From positions 36,518,001 to 36,582,000 of the forward strand of contig CM060731.1 in the NCBI GenBank assembly GCA_030704615.1: a stretch of 64,000 bases of DNA, in the 5' to 3' direction. The notes beneath the pieces were generated by a model, which was not told where the DNA came from, did not search any database, and saw only the letters and a program-made list of their open reading frames with translations. The translations under genes were made by a program, and so were the position numbers. The first letter of the stretch is position 1. Each line of letters begins with the position of its first letter. The DNA comes from Takakia lepidozioides (lineage: Eukaryota; Plantae; Bryophyta). Shown here piece by piece: positions 49,594 to 62,700 of the stretch.

Positions 49594-50439
49594 TGTCAAG
49601 TTATTTTACCACTAGTGTGAAGTTAGCTAGGAAATAGCTAGCTTTTATATATTGACATTTGGGATTGACCCAAGTGTCAATCCAGGGGCCGATACATGTT
49701 TGGGCACCTGGCGTTGTTATCTTCACGGCAGATCGCGGTGGGCTCATCTTTCTCGAGTTGAGCCTCACCGCGCCTAGCTATGGCGCCGTAGTGTGGATTC
49801 CCCATGGTGTGGGGTGCACTTGGCTTGACTTGTATTTGAGTGATGAGGTTATATACGCATGAGTTTATGCTTCAGATTTGTGAGCTCGTGCTTGTATTCT
49901 TCTTCTTTATCTCGAGAAAGATGAGCTCGTATCTGTGAGTGCTAGATACGAGTTAGTTGTAGCACTTGTGGTTTTTGCTAATGAGAGAAACCAGGTTGTT
50001 ATGCAAGGAGCACCGTGGAGCTCTTGGTTATTAGAAGCGGAGGCGATGTGGGTTACGAGGTGGTAGACCTTGGCATTCGATCTTCAGCTTCAGATATGAA
50101 AGCACCATGCTGCAGGATTGCAAGACCAAGCGAAAGGGCTGATTTGGCTTGGGGGCAAATCAGTGCACTTTGTGGAGTATGTTGAGATTGGGTTTCAATC
50201 TCGAGCTTCAGCATTGAGAGGGCTCTTGTCATGGCAAGAACAGGGCTGGAACAGGAGCTAAGAGGTGCGGCAAGGCCATAGAATGTGCACCTAGGGTTTC
50301 AGAGCTTGGAAGAAGAGCTCTTGCACCAGAAGAGGAGTGTTTTGTGGCTTGGAAATGTAAGCCTTAGGGTTTTAGGAACTTGGCAAGGGTTGTGGAGTGC
50401 TTAGTTTTGTCTTAGAGAGCATCAAGGAGCTAAGGAGCC

Positions 50440-50925
50440 AAGATAGGGGGCTGATACCTCTTGTGTGAAGAGATTGCATGTGTGGAGCATGTATTCAGCT
50501 CATTGAAGCTTCCATCTTCAAGCTTAGAGGGCAAGCAAGGAAGAGGGAAGGGCTGACTTCCCTTATGTGAGAGCAATGCATGTGTGGAGCATGCTTTCAG
50601 CCTGTTGAAGGCTTGTACTTTCAGGTTTGGGAGTGCAAGAAAGGAAGGAAGGGGTTGGCTTCCCTGTAGGGCATGTGTGGAGTATGCTTCCAGCCCGCTG
50701 AAGCGTGTATTTTCAGGCTAGTGGGTGCAAGAAAGAAAGCAAAGGGGCTGATTCTCTTGTGGTGAGAGTGGGGCATGTGTGGAGCATGCCTTCAGTCCAT
50801 TGGGTTTTTGTTTTCAAGCTTTAGAGAACTAGAAGAGAATGTAAGGGGCTGATCTACTCTTATGTGACAGTTCGACACTTGTAGAGCGTGTTCTTAGTTG
50901 GGGTTTCAACCTCAAGCCTAGATAG
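50440..50925 (+). repeat. ~4-5 diverged tandem ~100-115-bp repeats in the retroelement leader
   Basis: gcatgtgtggagcatg core at ~50477, 50578, 50671 (variant) and 50773, with a weaker copy near 50880. Each is preceded by ggggctga-like sequence. Confidence 0.75.
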
Positions 50926-50939
50926 AGCATGGCTCTTGA

Positions 50940-51730
50940 AGTGACAGGCTGTGGCGGGCTGTGCCCAGTGGCCTATGGGGCTGTGAGGGGCTGTGAGGGG
51001 CTGTGACAGGCTGTGCCCTGTGGCCTGTGGCTTTTGGGGCTGTGACCCCTGTGACCTGTGTAGGCAGTGATAGGATGTGCGATGTGGCCTGTGGGGCTGT
51101 GACGGGCTGTGAGGGGCTGTGACAGGCCGTGGTGGGCTGTGACAGGCTATGCCCTGTGGCCTGCGAGGGGCTGTGACGGGCTGTGACGGGCGGTGGCGGG
51201 CTGTGACAGGCTGTGCCTTGTGGCCTATGGGGCTGTGAGGGGCTGTGATGAGCTGTGACAGGCTGTGGCGGGCTGTGATGGGCTATTCCCTGTGGCCTGT
51301 GGGGCTGTGACGGGCTGTGAGGGGCTGTGACAGGCTGTGCCCTATGCCCTGTGACCCCTTTGACCTGTGTCAGGCTATGTCTGTGACCCTTGTGACCTGT
51401 ATAGGGCTGTGACGGGCTGTGACGGGCTATGACAGGCTATGGCCTTTGGGGCTGTGACTCCTCTGACCTGTGTAGGGCTCTGACGGGCTGTGACAGGCTG
51501 TGGCCTTTGGGGCTGTGACCCTTGTGACCTCTGTAGGGCTGTGACAGACTGTGAGGGGCTGTGACAGGCCGTGGCCTTTGGGGCTGTGACCCACGTGACC
51601 TGTGTAGGGCTGTGACAGGCTGTGCCTGTGGCCTTTGGGGTTGTGATGGGCTGTGACAGGCTGTGGCTTGTGTGGGGCTGTGATGGCTATGACCAGTGAT
51701 CTGTGTGGGCCTGTGCTGGTCTGTGGTGGC
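50940..51730 (+). repeat. ~10-bp minisatellite (ggctgtgaca/gggctgtgag) in the retroelement leader
   Basis: Dozens of ctgtg-core units over ~800 bp. Confidence 0.9.
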
Positions 51731-54700
51731 CCGTGTTGATCTGTGGACAGCTTGTGTTGACTCGTGGAGGCACTGGTGGACTGCCTAAGGACTGGCATGT
51801 CTTAAAGGCCGAATTTTGAAGCTCGTGGAGGGCGGTTTGAGGAGTATCTTCATGATATTTCCATGGTCATGCAAGTGAGGGAAGAGAGGAGAAAAAGAGT
51901 GTTGGGATGAGGGCATGCTGGGGTTAGGCATTGCTTTAGCTTCTCTTCCTCGTAGTTTTCCACCCTCTCATTAGGCCAAGACCTTTCCGTAGGTGGAGGC
52001 AAGAGTCAGTCCGGGTTTTGTGGAGAGGGGGTTAGGGACATGTTCATGACCGGTTGAGTGTCAATACGGAGGTGCCACTAGTTGTTAGGGACAATGCCGG
52101 TTCAAGCACTAGCGATACTAGTGGGTACACGAGATGAGGTGTGCGGTTGAGGCCACCTTCACCTCCTGTGTCTTCTACGAAAGGTTCTGATTCGGATTGT
52201 GAATCAGGAGGACTCATGTTGGACACAATGGAGGAGATGTATGGAGCTACCAGGGGCCACGAAGGTACTCTGGGGCGGTGGGCACCATCGAGTTGGATGA
52301 TTTTATCCAAGAGTTTGATAGTTGGTGTGATTTGCAACAAATGCGCAATCCACAACTATTTACGCATTTCATGGCATGGAAGGGGCTGTTTCAGCACCTT
52401 GAGGGGCTGCCTATGGATGATACCATGAGTTCAGGTGGGGGCATGAGGTTGAGATCGAGGAGTGGAGGATGTACTGGTCACCCGACTATGTCTCCATCAC
52501 TAGGGGCACTAGAGTCACGAGGGCAGTGGCTACACCTGCCGCTGCACCGACAGCTTCAGCAAGCAGCAGTGGGACTAGTAGGACTGGTGGTACCGTAGCT
52601 ACGACGTCCACCCAAGCCACTACCGCACCAGCACCAATACCCGTGTCTGCCTTCAACCCTGTTGTGGAGTTCTTCGAAGAGTTGAGAGGGAACTACCAAG
52701 GGGTGAGGACAGAGAAGTTGCGAAGCTTGCAAGAGTTCCAACGGAAGCCTACTGAGAGCTTGAGGGAGACTTTCACTCGCATGAGACGCTTGATAAATGT
52801 AACCCAAGGGGTTACGGAAGCTCAGGCAGTCCAATTCTGGTATGGGATATTGGACAAGGAGCTAAGGAGAAGGGTGCGGGATGCAACTCTCCTACAAGCG
52901 GCCCAACCCACCTTAGCAAATGTGTTTTTGCTGGCAGAGCGGATAGAGCTCAACATGGTGGAGGAACGAGTAGTCATGGTAGGATTTGCTAAGGAGACAC
53001 CACGGGGTAGTGGTGCTCCTAGCCAACCACTACCTCAACGTGATCAAGGCAACAAGGGGGTTCAGGTGAAGTTCAGGGAAGGGCAGAGAGGACCTCAGAT
53101 GCAGGGGTCTCTCCCTTCATTTGCTGGCCAACAACGGGTGGATGTGGTGTGCTGGACATGTGGAGGACCCCATGTCAAGAAGGATTGCCCAGAGGGAGGT
53201 AAAGGGCCGGCACATGCATAGCCTGCACAGTTGCAGTGTGGGCATTGTGGCAAGCACGGGCATGGAGAGGCCCAGTGTTATGGTTTGTACCCTGAGTTGC
53301 GCCCAGACCAGTTCCAAGGAAACAATGGTGGCCGGGGGCGAGGTGGAGCAGCCCAGAGAGGACGAGGTGGCCAGGCACGAGGTGCAGGCCAAGGGCAAGC
53401 TCAACATGGCCAAGGATGCGGAGGTCAGGGTGTTGACCAAGGCATGGCCAACCGACTTCAGCAGCTAGAGCAGAGGCTCGCTGCCATGGCTACAGCTCAG
53501 GTGGTACCGGCTCCAAGGCCGGATGGTCCACCTCCTGCTCTTGATGGAGGAGATATCGGAGGCATGGGATTCATGTGCGGAGCAGCACTACCACTAGTGC
53601 AGGTAGAGTCTGCTGCAGCCGTGACTCGAGGAGCAGCACGAGTTCCTGAGCCACGAGGTGCAGAGGTGGAGTTGAATCCACAGCGTGGGGAGGCAAGCCG
53701 TCGGGCTAGGCTTCCTCGGTCATTCCCATTGGCGGAGACAATGTCGACGCCATCCATGGCACCTAGTTCTCGCCCGACTGTTACCGAGACGGAGGTTACT
53801 ATGCCATTGGGGAGAGTTACACGAGTAGCACCACTACCTAGTGTTGCCAAGGCTACGGCAGCTAGTGTGCTGCTAGGAGCGACCACATCTGTGTGTCATG
53901 CTCCATTGTTCTCGGCTACCATGATTGCGACGCCGGGGGTAAGACCAGCTGAGGTGTTCAGGTTGGCAGCTACACTCTGTGAGAGTGGGGAGGTTACTTC
54001 ATCTTCTGCGGAGATAGTGGGAGGTGTAGTGCCGGAGGGATCCTCGGATTTGAGGGTCAAGACTGCCACGGCGGCGCCATGACAAGCTGCAACTACCAGG
54101 TTGATGGAGCTGTCAGCTAGGCCAGCATTGAGCGTGCCATGGTGACATCTGGAGTTGTCATGTTGGACAACCAGGATGGCATTTTCTGTTTGAGTGGATT
54201 GGCAGGCAAGAGGTACCGGCCACTGAGGGTCTTGTTGGACTCAGGAGCTCAGCCATTGATGTTGGGCAAAGCTGCTATTACAGGTTTGGGCCTCACGGAG
54301 GCGGATATAGAGCCTTGTCATTTCCAGATACAGACGTCTCTGGGAGGATCAGAGCAGGTTCGGGGCATGACACGGCGTGAGTTGGCTATCAGACTACAGC
54401 CGGATCATCCTACAGATGGCTCAGTGATGAGAGCCAAGGCCATTGTGACAGACGCGGTCTCGTATGATATCGTTGTTGGTGGGGCAGTGTTGTACCCCAT
54501 GGGCTTCACCCTGGATTTTTGGGAGGAGTCAGCTTCCTATAGGCCTAGATGGCAATCAGGGGAGGGCCCGCGTGTGCAGCTCCCTGTGACGTTCAAAGGA
54601 AGAGTTGCGGTTGCCCAGCAAGGCAAGATACCGACACTAGCAGCATTCACAGCGGCAGTGAGTTAGCCTGAAGAGTTGCTTGAGGGCAACGCTCATTCAG

Positions 54701-57005
54701 AGGATGTGCCACCTCCGGGAGAGCGGGATGACATGTATGGTATGGCGGAGTTGCCTACCATGGTTGCTCAAACTCCATTGTGGGGCACAAGCAAGGATTT
54801 GCATCGGGATGCTGATCGACGGGTGCAACAAGCCTGTGTGGAGGCTTTTGTACCGTCAGGAGAGGAGGAGAGTGCGGGGATTGCACCAGGACCACCTCAG
54901 TTGTCTCCATTGGACACCACACCTATTGTGTGGCAGTATCCGGATGAAGGCATTTGTCTTCTGGACTTGTTTGGCGGGATCAGCACCGGATTGGCTGTTG
55001 TGTTACAGGCAGGTGTACGAGTTCGGCGTTACCTATATGTGGAGAGGGATGAGACTGCACAACGCATCTCACTCCGTCATATTGTTTAGTTGGTACAGCA
55101 GTACCCTGAGTTGTTGCCGGTGTCTGCGGTTCGTGGATATCAGCAGGCCTTGCCAGCAGACATCTCTTTGCTGGGGGCGCAGGATTTGGAGCGAGTTGGC
55201 TTCATTGATTTGGTAGTGGCAGGTTGGCCCTGTCAAGGGTATTCATCAGCCGAGCATGACAATGGATTGCGAGACTCAAGGTCGGGTCTGGTTTGGGAGA
55301 TGGTGCGGGTTTTGCGCCACTTACAGCTTCATCAGGCTGTATTTCCAGCATACATCTTGGAGAATGTGCCATTGATGGGCGATTCTCGGGCCAGGGTGAT
55401 GGCCAATGTGCATCAAGTCCGGTCGTGGCTTGGGTCAGCAGTGTTGCTGGATGCAGCTGTAGTGGGGTCACGGGCTCATCGTCCACGGTTATGGTGGACT
55501 AACTTGATGCCACCCACACTGCTTAAGCGTGCATTTGATGGGGTGTAGCGGCTAGCACACCTCACAGTGGATAGCATTTTGGACACAGGGAGGCAGTCTC
55601 AACGTGTGAGACACGATGACCGTTCGCCTTTGGCAGTGATCAACAAGGTGGGTCAACCACGAGCAGCACGAAGTAGCCTATACTATATGCGCACACAAAT
55701 GCATGCATATGGAGGAATGTATACGTGCATACAAATTTTAGATATGCATAAGAACAATTTTATATGCACAACACTTAAATAAGGGTACCCAAAAAATAAA
55801 TAAAAAATGTGATTCATCTAATCTTAGGGTCCATAGTCAAAATATCAAAGGATGGAATAAGAATATTCTATATATAATATTCCATATTCATTGTATTATT
55901 ATTCCACATGGGTGAGTGTAGGAATGGGAGAGGAACATGTTGCTTTTATGGCTTTCCAACATGAGAAAAAAGGTCGAAAAATTAAAAAGTGACGAGGCAC
56001 GGCTCTTTGTTAGATACAAATGGTGAAGGTACGGGCTCTTCCAATGGTGGGAGTCTAGTTTGAAGTTCAGAATGGAACAATGCTAAGGGAATGTTAGGGA
56101 GCTTGACAATGTGATAGAGATGGTCCGCCTGCGCATTTGGCTAGTAAATGGCGATGGCCCGCAAGGGAATTCAATTTTACAAAAAAAACTATTGATTGGT
56201 AATCGAACCCGCAATCTCATAACTTAAAAAACATAATCCTTACCAAACCACCACCCATTTAATCTTGTTACATAGGTTTTGCAATATCTATATATCTATA
56301 ATCTGAAACATTTTTATTTTACAAAAACATAATGTCCATCAAAGATAGAACCCACAACCTATCGGGTATCAAGCCTAGTTCATACCACTACACGGGGGTT
56401 GCTATTCCATATGCACAGGTTGCGTGCATGCATGCACAAAATCCCTTAATATATATGCATGTGACAAATTTGTATGCACACATTGTAGATTGTATGCAGT
56501 GGAGTTATATAACATAGAATACGACGTATTTATTGCATATGCAAATGTTACATCATATGTATATAGAATAAAATAAAATAAAAATCTTAGCTAACAAAAT
56601 CAGTAGTCAATGGTCAAAGATGCATGTGACCACTAACTCCAACTAATGCACCACCTTAAACTGAAGAGAATACAAGATCCCTGGCCAAAGTAATAGTTTG
56701 CAAACTTGTATTCAAGGAAAACAGTTTCATATTAACCAAAATATGGACTTTTGTACTAACAAATGCATATGTGTCATGTTTGGAACCACCACATTGCATG
56801 TCTGTTTGTAATGCCAAGCAGTTCTATAATTTGAAAACTTGTATGACAGGTACACAAGTTCCATTTTAACCAAAATAGGAACTTTTGTACTAACAAATGC
56901 TATGTGTCATGTTTGGAATAAAGTAGTAACAAGATAATTACATGTCACATACATGAAAATGAACGGCACAAGTTAGAGGTTCTTTTTTGTGCATTTCATG
57001 TGTCA

Positions 57006-59712
57006 CTAAGAAGTTGAACTAGGGTCCTTCTTTAGCATAGCCCTAACCTCTAACTGGCTAAGGGAAGGTTGGTGGATCTCATAAGCCCCGACGCATCCTA
57101 GATGCACGTTGTACATGAAGTACATGTGCTTACAAGGTAGATATGTTTGTTTTTTCTTCTTGACAGATAGCTCATCAAAGTCGGGACAATCACAAGATGG
57201 AAACTGACCAATGTATACATTGTAAACCAATCCTGCTCTGGTAGATCCCTCTGTTTGTAGCTGGTAAATTCTCCCATAACCTGGCTGAGGCACGTTTCTG
57301 AATCCACGAACCTCAGCAATAAGAGTCTCCGCTGACTCTTGGCGACTCAAGTGTCGAGGAGTCGGATCCCGACGCCGAATGCGCACCCCATAGCGTGTAG
57401 TGGGATACTTACCCACAGGAAGGACAACACCTTGATGCATATGTTGTTCCACTGGAAGTGGTCCCACAGGAAAGTTCGGATCAGGAACGTTGGGAGGATG
57501 GACTAGTCGAAAACCTGCAAGGGTCAAGTTGTCCACCTCTTCTTGTGTAAGGTTGGTTCCAACCTTCACAGGCCACACGTTAGGTATACCCGGTTTTCCC
57601 AAGCAATAGGATGGCACGGTCCCTCCAACACACGACAAAACATCTGTGGGGCAAAACCAAAAAACTTGCAGTTTTGGTTCTTTCATGTTCGGTGCTAGTA
57701 ACTTGCCAGTGAAGCAAGGTGCAGGACTTCCTTTACCTTTCCTGATGAGCGCTTTGCATTTATCTTTAGAAACTCCAACCAAGGCAGAACAACGAACCAT
57801 GGAAGCAGGACCTGTCCGCTGAATCCTGAACAATGCATCGGAAAAGTCTTGTGTCTCTCTCACTGGATTTCCCCATTGCATTGGCTGAGGAGGGATAGCA
57901 ACATGTGGATTTGTCTCACAGAAAGTCGAAGAACTAGGAATGTCATGACTTGATTTGGAGCTGACGAACCTAGATGGCTGGTGTGGACTGGGCATCCCAG
58001 TGGCGCGCAGTGGAACAGTCTTTACATTCATATCACACCTCCAAGATTCGTTTGGCCCACCATGCTCATCGCCTAACTTGCATTTGACTGGAATAGTGCG
58101 ATTGTCTCCCTCCAATTGAACCCCCCTTGTGTGCATGGGTGTTCCAGCTACTATGCCACGTACAACCTTACCCATTTTTGCTGGGCTATTAGATCTAGCT
58201 GCTTGACGCAACATGAGCTCCTCTTTGTCGGGCCCCGTCCCCCATGTCTTTCCTGTGGTGTGCCTGTAAAATGTTGCCTGCTGCAAAAGAGCTCGTGACA
58301 TGTCATGCATGGTGGCCTCATATAGATCCACCTTCATTTTTTTCCCATTGCCTGCTGTCTTCCACCAAGCAAAATGGACTGCCTCAGACAAATTAGTGGT
58401 AGGCATATCTGCATCTGCCTCCACATCCATGTCCTCTCTCATCCATTGGCCCCACATTCGATATCTGTAGTGCCACCATGCAAGCCATGAATCTAGTTTT
58501 GGCAGACTCTTTTCTGTGCATGCTCCTGAAGAGAGCCACCAAGCCCGAATTGCAATGTATGTGGTTGTAGCATCCTCCAAGGTAGCACTATCTTTCCATT
58601 CATAACAGAGCTGAGTGTGCCTTTCACGGAAGTCCTCCAAGATATAGTCGTTGGTGTGTCTTCGGAGGCTTTCAGCCCAATGATATAAACATGTTCTTTC
58701 TTTACCTTCCATTGGGACATTGGGATCAGATCCATAAACCCTTCGAACAGCAGCCCAATTCGCTCCTGCTGCATCCGCCATGAAGCCAGCAAAATTTGGT
58801 TTGTTCAAGCCAGCAAGTTTTGCTTGTTCATTGATCATCTCCCAGAATAACACCTGAGCATCTGCATCCTCTGTTTTCATATCGCAAATGGCAATGGTCA
58901 TCATTCGCTTGACATATGGTTCATAGACATGACACGCAAGAGTTGTCCAATCCTTGATGCGTTTGACATGGTCAAATACTACCAACTTGTGCGTAGATCC
59001 CCCTCACTCATGCGACGCACAAGATCAACACCACTCCCGGGACCAGCAACAGACATCTTGAAAACATGGGGGAGATGAGAAGTATGTTGGCCTGGAAAGA
59101 GATTGCTGTGAATGAAATGGTATGTACTCAGACGCTTCAACTCCAATATGGACATGATGGAATTGACACGTGCAGATGCGACCTTGTTTTTCACATTGGG
59201 GCTACAAACATGGGCAAACTCTTCAAGAATATCTTCCAAAGCCTCTCCCTCAAGACGTACTGTCTCTGTGCCATCAGCCACAAGAACTCGATCAATCAAG
59301 AGCTTTTGGGCCATTGACAAGGAAATAGCTCCCGGGGTCGACCATGGCTTCATCTTAACGTGCTCTTGAATCATGCTTGATGCATTTTCCGCAACCTCTC
59401 TATTCTCGCCCTTGGCACATGGATGGTTATGAAACCCAACGTGAACTGCAACACGTGTATATGTTGGAAGGGAACTTGTGACATAGTACATTCTTGCCCC
59501 ACAATGCGCCTCACAGAAAGGTCTTTCTTTGCAGAAACTACACTTGAACTGGTTGAATGGAACTTGGGCTCCTGCAATGAACACCTTGTCTGCATTGCCT
59601 TCCCAATAGCGGTCATTCCGTTCTCCTTCTTTCTTGAAGAAGGGGCAAGTGCTGCTTTGACATATGAGCTTTCCAACACAAAGAACCTTACTACATTTCA
59701 CATGATCTGGAA
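57006..59712 (-). mobile_element. Mutator-like (MULE) DDE transposase with GCM-like N-terminal Zn finger and C-terminal SWIM; one frameshift; 5' end displaced
   Basis: CVGKLICQSSTCPF...CSFC...HCGARMYY...HVGFHNHP; then D (VVFDHVK), D (FMADAA), CLYHW and E (TTNLSEAVH); SWIM-like SCDCPDF...PCKH. 1-nt frameshift at ~58982. 55669-57005 is probably its 3' non-coding arm. Confidence 0.78.
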
Positions 59713-62700
59713 TGTCGTGCGCATACATATCGCTACACAACTACATCGTTGTCCAAACCAAACCACACATATATGCACAATAAAGTAGTCTGCCACAATA
59801 CATCCTTCTTGGCTGGCATCACTGTGGCTGAAGCATACTCTCCACCAGAGAGCTCCACCAAACCTGCCTCCCAGAGATCTTGAGTCCTCATCTGAATCAA
59901 AGACCTCTCCATGTCACTGTATCTATAGGGTCTCCGAAAGATTGGCGTGTCAGTGGCCAACTCAATATGGATCTCTTGACCCTTCAGTGCTCCCAAGTCC
60001 TTCAAACTGAAGGCAAAGCAATTCCTATAAGCCCTCAGGAACCGCCGTATACGTCGTCTCTCTCCTCCGGTGACAATGGGTCCAATGTCAGGCTCCCAAT
60101 TGTCCTCCGTAACTGAAACCTTAAGTCCAGTGGGCTTAGAGGTAGAGGACGCGTCCCGTGGTTGCTATGCTGCAACCTCTTGAGCAGTACTCCCTTCCTG
60201 CTCAGTCAATGACAAGGCCTCATCCTGCCCCATCATCTCATCATTGAGAACCTCCTCATCCCGAGAAGAATCCCCAACCTCATCCATCACAGCTACCTTG
60301 GCTGCCAACTCCCTCTGAACCTCGAGCACCTCCCACGTGTGCCATGGATGTCTACACCCCGTGGTCCTCACCGGCTCGCCCCCACTCGCTGTCTGTACCG
60401 TCTCGATAGGCAGAGAGACCATGAAGGGGAGTGCACTCCGCACTCTACGTTGCTCAGCCATAGCCAAGCTGATAATCCAGGTCAAGCAATTGAGATCCAT
60501 TGCTTGCCCCAACACCTGACGCCGTGATGCCTCAGAAAGAGAAGGCACCGCCGTGGTCCCAGTGGAAAACCCCATAGCCCGCTCTCGCTCGTCGGCATTA
60601 GGCTCCACTAACTGCTGCAACTGAGCATCCCACAGGAGGCCAGGTCCACCATCCCGAAAAGCATGGGATCCTGGGAAGCTGAGCAGTGTAGGTAATGCTG
60701 CTCGTGGTTGACCCACCTTGTTGACCACTGCCAAAGGCGAACGGTCATCGTGTCTCACACGTTGAGACTGCCTCCCTGTGTCCAAAATGCCATCCACGGT
60801 AAGGTGTGCTGGCCGCTGCACCCCATCAAATGCACGCTTGAGTAGTGCGGGTGGCATCAAGTTAGTCCACCAAAGCCGTGGACGATGAGCCCGTGACCCC
60901 ACTGCAGCTGCATCCAGCAACACTGCTGACCCAAGCCACGACCGGACTTGATGCACACTGGCCATCACCCTGGCCCGAGAATCACCCATCAGTGATATAT
61001 TCTCCAAGATGTATGCTGGAGATACAGCTTGATGAAGCTGCAAGCAGCGCAAAATCCGCACCATCTCCCAAACAGACCCGTCCTCGAGTCTCGCAATCCA
61101 TTGCCATGCCCGGCTGATGAATGCCCTTGGCAGGGCCAACCTGCCACTACCAGATCAATGGAGCCAACCCGCTCCAAATCCTGCGCCCCCAGCAAGACAA
61201 TGTCTGCTGGCAAGGCCTGCTGATATCCACGAACTGCAGACACCGGCAACAACTGAGGGTACTGCTGTACCATCTGAGCAACATGGCGCAGTGAGACGCG
61301 TCGTGTAGTCTCATCCCTCTCCACATACAGGTAACGCCTTACCCGCATACCTGCCTGTAGCACAGCAGCCAATCCGGTGCTGATCCCGCCAAACAAGTCC
61401 AGAAGGCATATGCCTACATCCGGATACTGCCACACAATAGGTGTGGTATCCAATGGTGACAACTGAGGTGGTCCTGGTGCAATACCCGCACTCTCCTCCT
61501 CTCCTGACGGTGCAAAAGCCTCTATCCAGGCTTGTTGCACACGACAATCAGCAACCTGCTGCAAATCCTTGCTCGTACCCCACAATGGAGTGTGAGCAAC
61601 CATGGCAGGCAACTCCGCCATACCATGCATGTCATCCTGCTCTGCTGGAGGTGGCACATCCTTTGCATGGGCATTGCCCTCCAGCAACTCTCCAGGCCAA
61701 CTAACTGCAGCTGTAAAGGCGGCTAGTGTTGGCATCTTGCCCCGCTGGGCGGCCGCAATACCCCCAATGAATGTCACAGAGAGCTGTGCACGACGACCAT
61801 CCCCTGACTGCCAGCCAGGCCTGTATGATGCTGACTCCTCCCAAAAGTCCAGGGTAAAACCCATGGGATATAACACTGCCCCACCAACGAGGACATCGTA
61901 AGAGACCGCGTCTGTCACAATGGCCTTGGCTCGCATCACTGAGCCATCTCTAGGATGATCCGGCTGCAGTCTAATGGCCAACTGATGCCGTGTCATGCCC
62001 CGAGCCTGCTCTGATCCTCCCAGAGATGTCTGTATCTGGAAAGGACAAGGCTCCATATCCGCCTCCATGAGGCCCAAACCTGCAATAGCAGCTCTGCCCA
62101 ACATCAGTGGCTGAGCTCCCGAGTCCAACAAGACCCGCAGTGGCCGGTATTTCTTGCCTGCCGGTCCACTCAAAGAGAAAATGTCATCCTGGTTGTCTAA
62201 CAAGACAACTCCAGGTGTCACCATGGCGCGCTCAAAGGCTGGCCTAGCTGGCAGCTCCGTCAACCTGGCAGCTACAGCTTGCCAGGGCGCAGCCGTGGCA
62301 GTCTTGACCCTCAAATCGGAGGATCTCTCTGCCACTACACCTTCCACTAACTCCGCAGAAGATGAAGTGACCTCCCCACTCTCGTAGAGTGTTGCTACTA
62401 GTCTGAACACTGCAGCTGGTCTTACCCCCGGCGTCGCAATCATGGTTGCTGAGAACAGTGGGGCTTGACACACAGAGGTGGCTGCCCCCAATAACACACC
62501 GGCTGCACTAGCCTTGGTAGCAGGTGTCAGTGCTGCACGTGTAGCTCTCCCCAATGGCATAGTACCCTCCGCCTCGGTAACAGTCGGGCGAGAACTAGGT
62601 GCCATGGATGGCGTTGACACTGTCTCCGCCAAGGTGAATGACTGAGGCAGCCTTGCCTGACGGCTTGCCTCTCCACGGTGTGGATCCAACTCCACCTCTG

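Larger units (their letters stand above)
49594..55668 (+). mobile_element. Ty3/gypsy-like retrotransposon copy 1: 2.6-kb leader, then Gag-protease-C5 DNA methyltransferase (decayed, broken at 55668)
   Basis: Starts TGTCAAG. Gag from ~52216 with knuckles CWTCGGPHVKKDC and CGHCGKHGHGEAQC. Protease VLLDSGAQ (~54229). DNMT motifs DLFGGIS, VAGWPCQG, ENV, HRPRLWWTNL (54952-55668). Five in-frame stops and at least two frameshifts. Confidence 0.92.

Noticed and set aside
51427-51798. 123-aa ORF (also 43125-43628)
   Set aside because: Translation of minisatellite sequence.
56190-56400. tRNA genes on the minus strand
   Set aside because: Only degenerate A/B-box-like motifs (e.g. gggttcgatta) with no cloverleaf.
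56704-56917. ~80-bp local duplication (and a similar one at 32647-32817)
   Set aside because: Ordinary short tandem duplication with no further structure.
59713-59740. MCSDMYAHD as the MULE N-terminus
   Set aside because: These codons come from the retroelement 3' terminus, which is also present at 40774. The transposase proper is cut at 59712.
54952-61412. Host DNMT3/DRM gene, or a bacterial/phage restriction-modification contaminant
   Set aside because: The domain is intronless, fused in frame to Gag-protease and RT, present in two TE copies, and has no partner nuclease.
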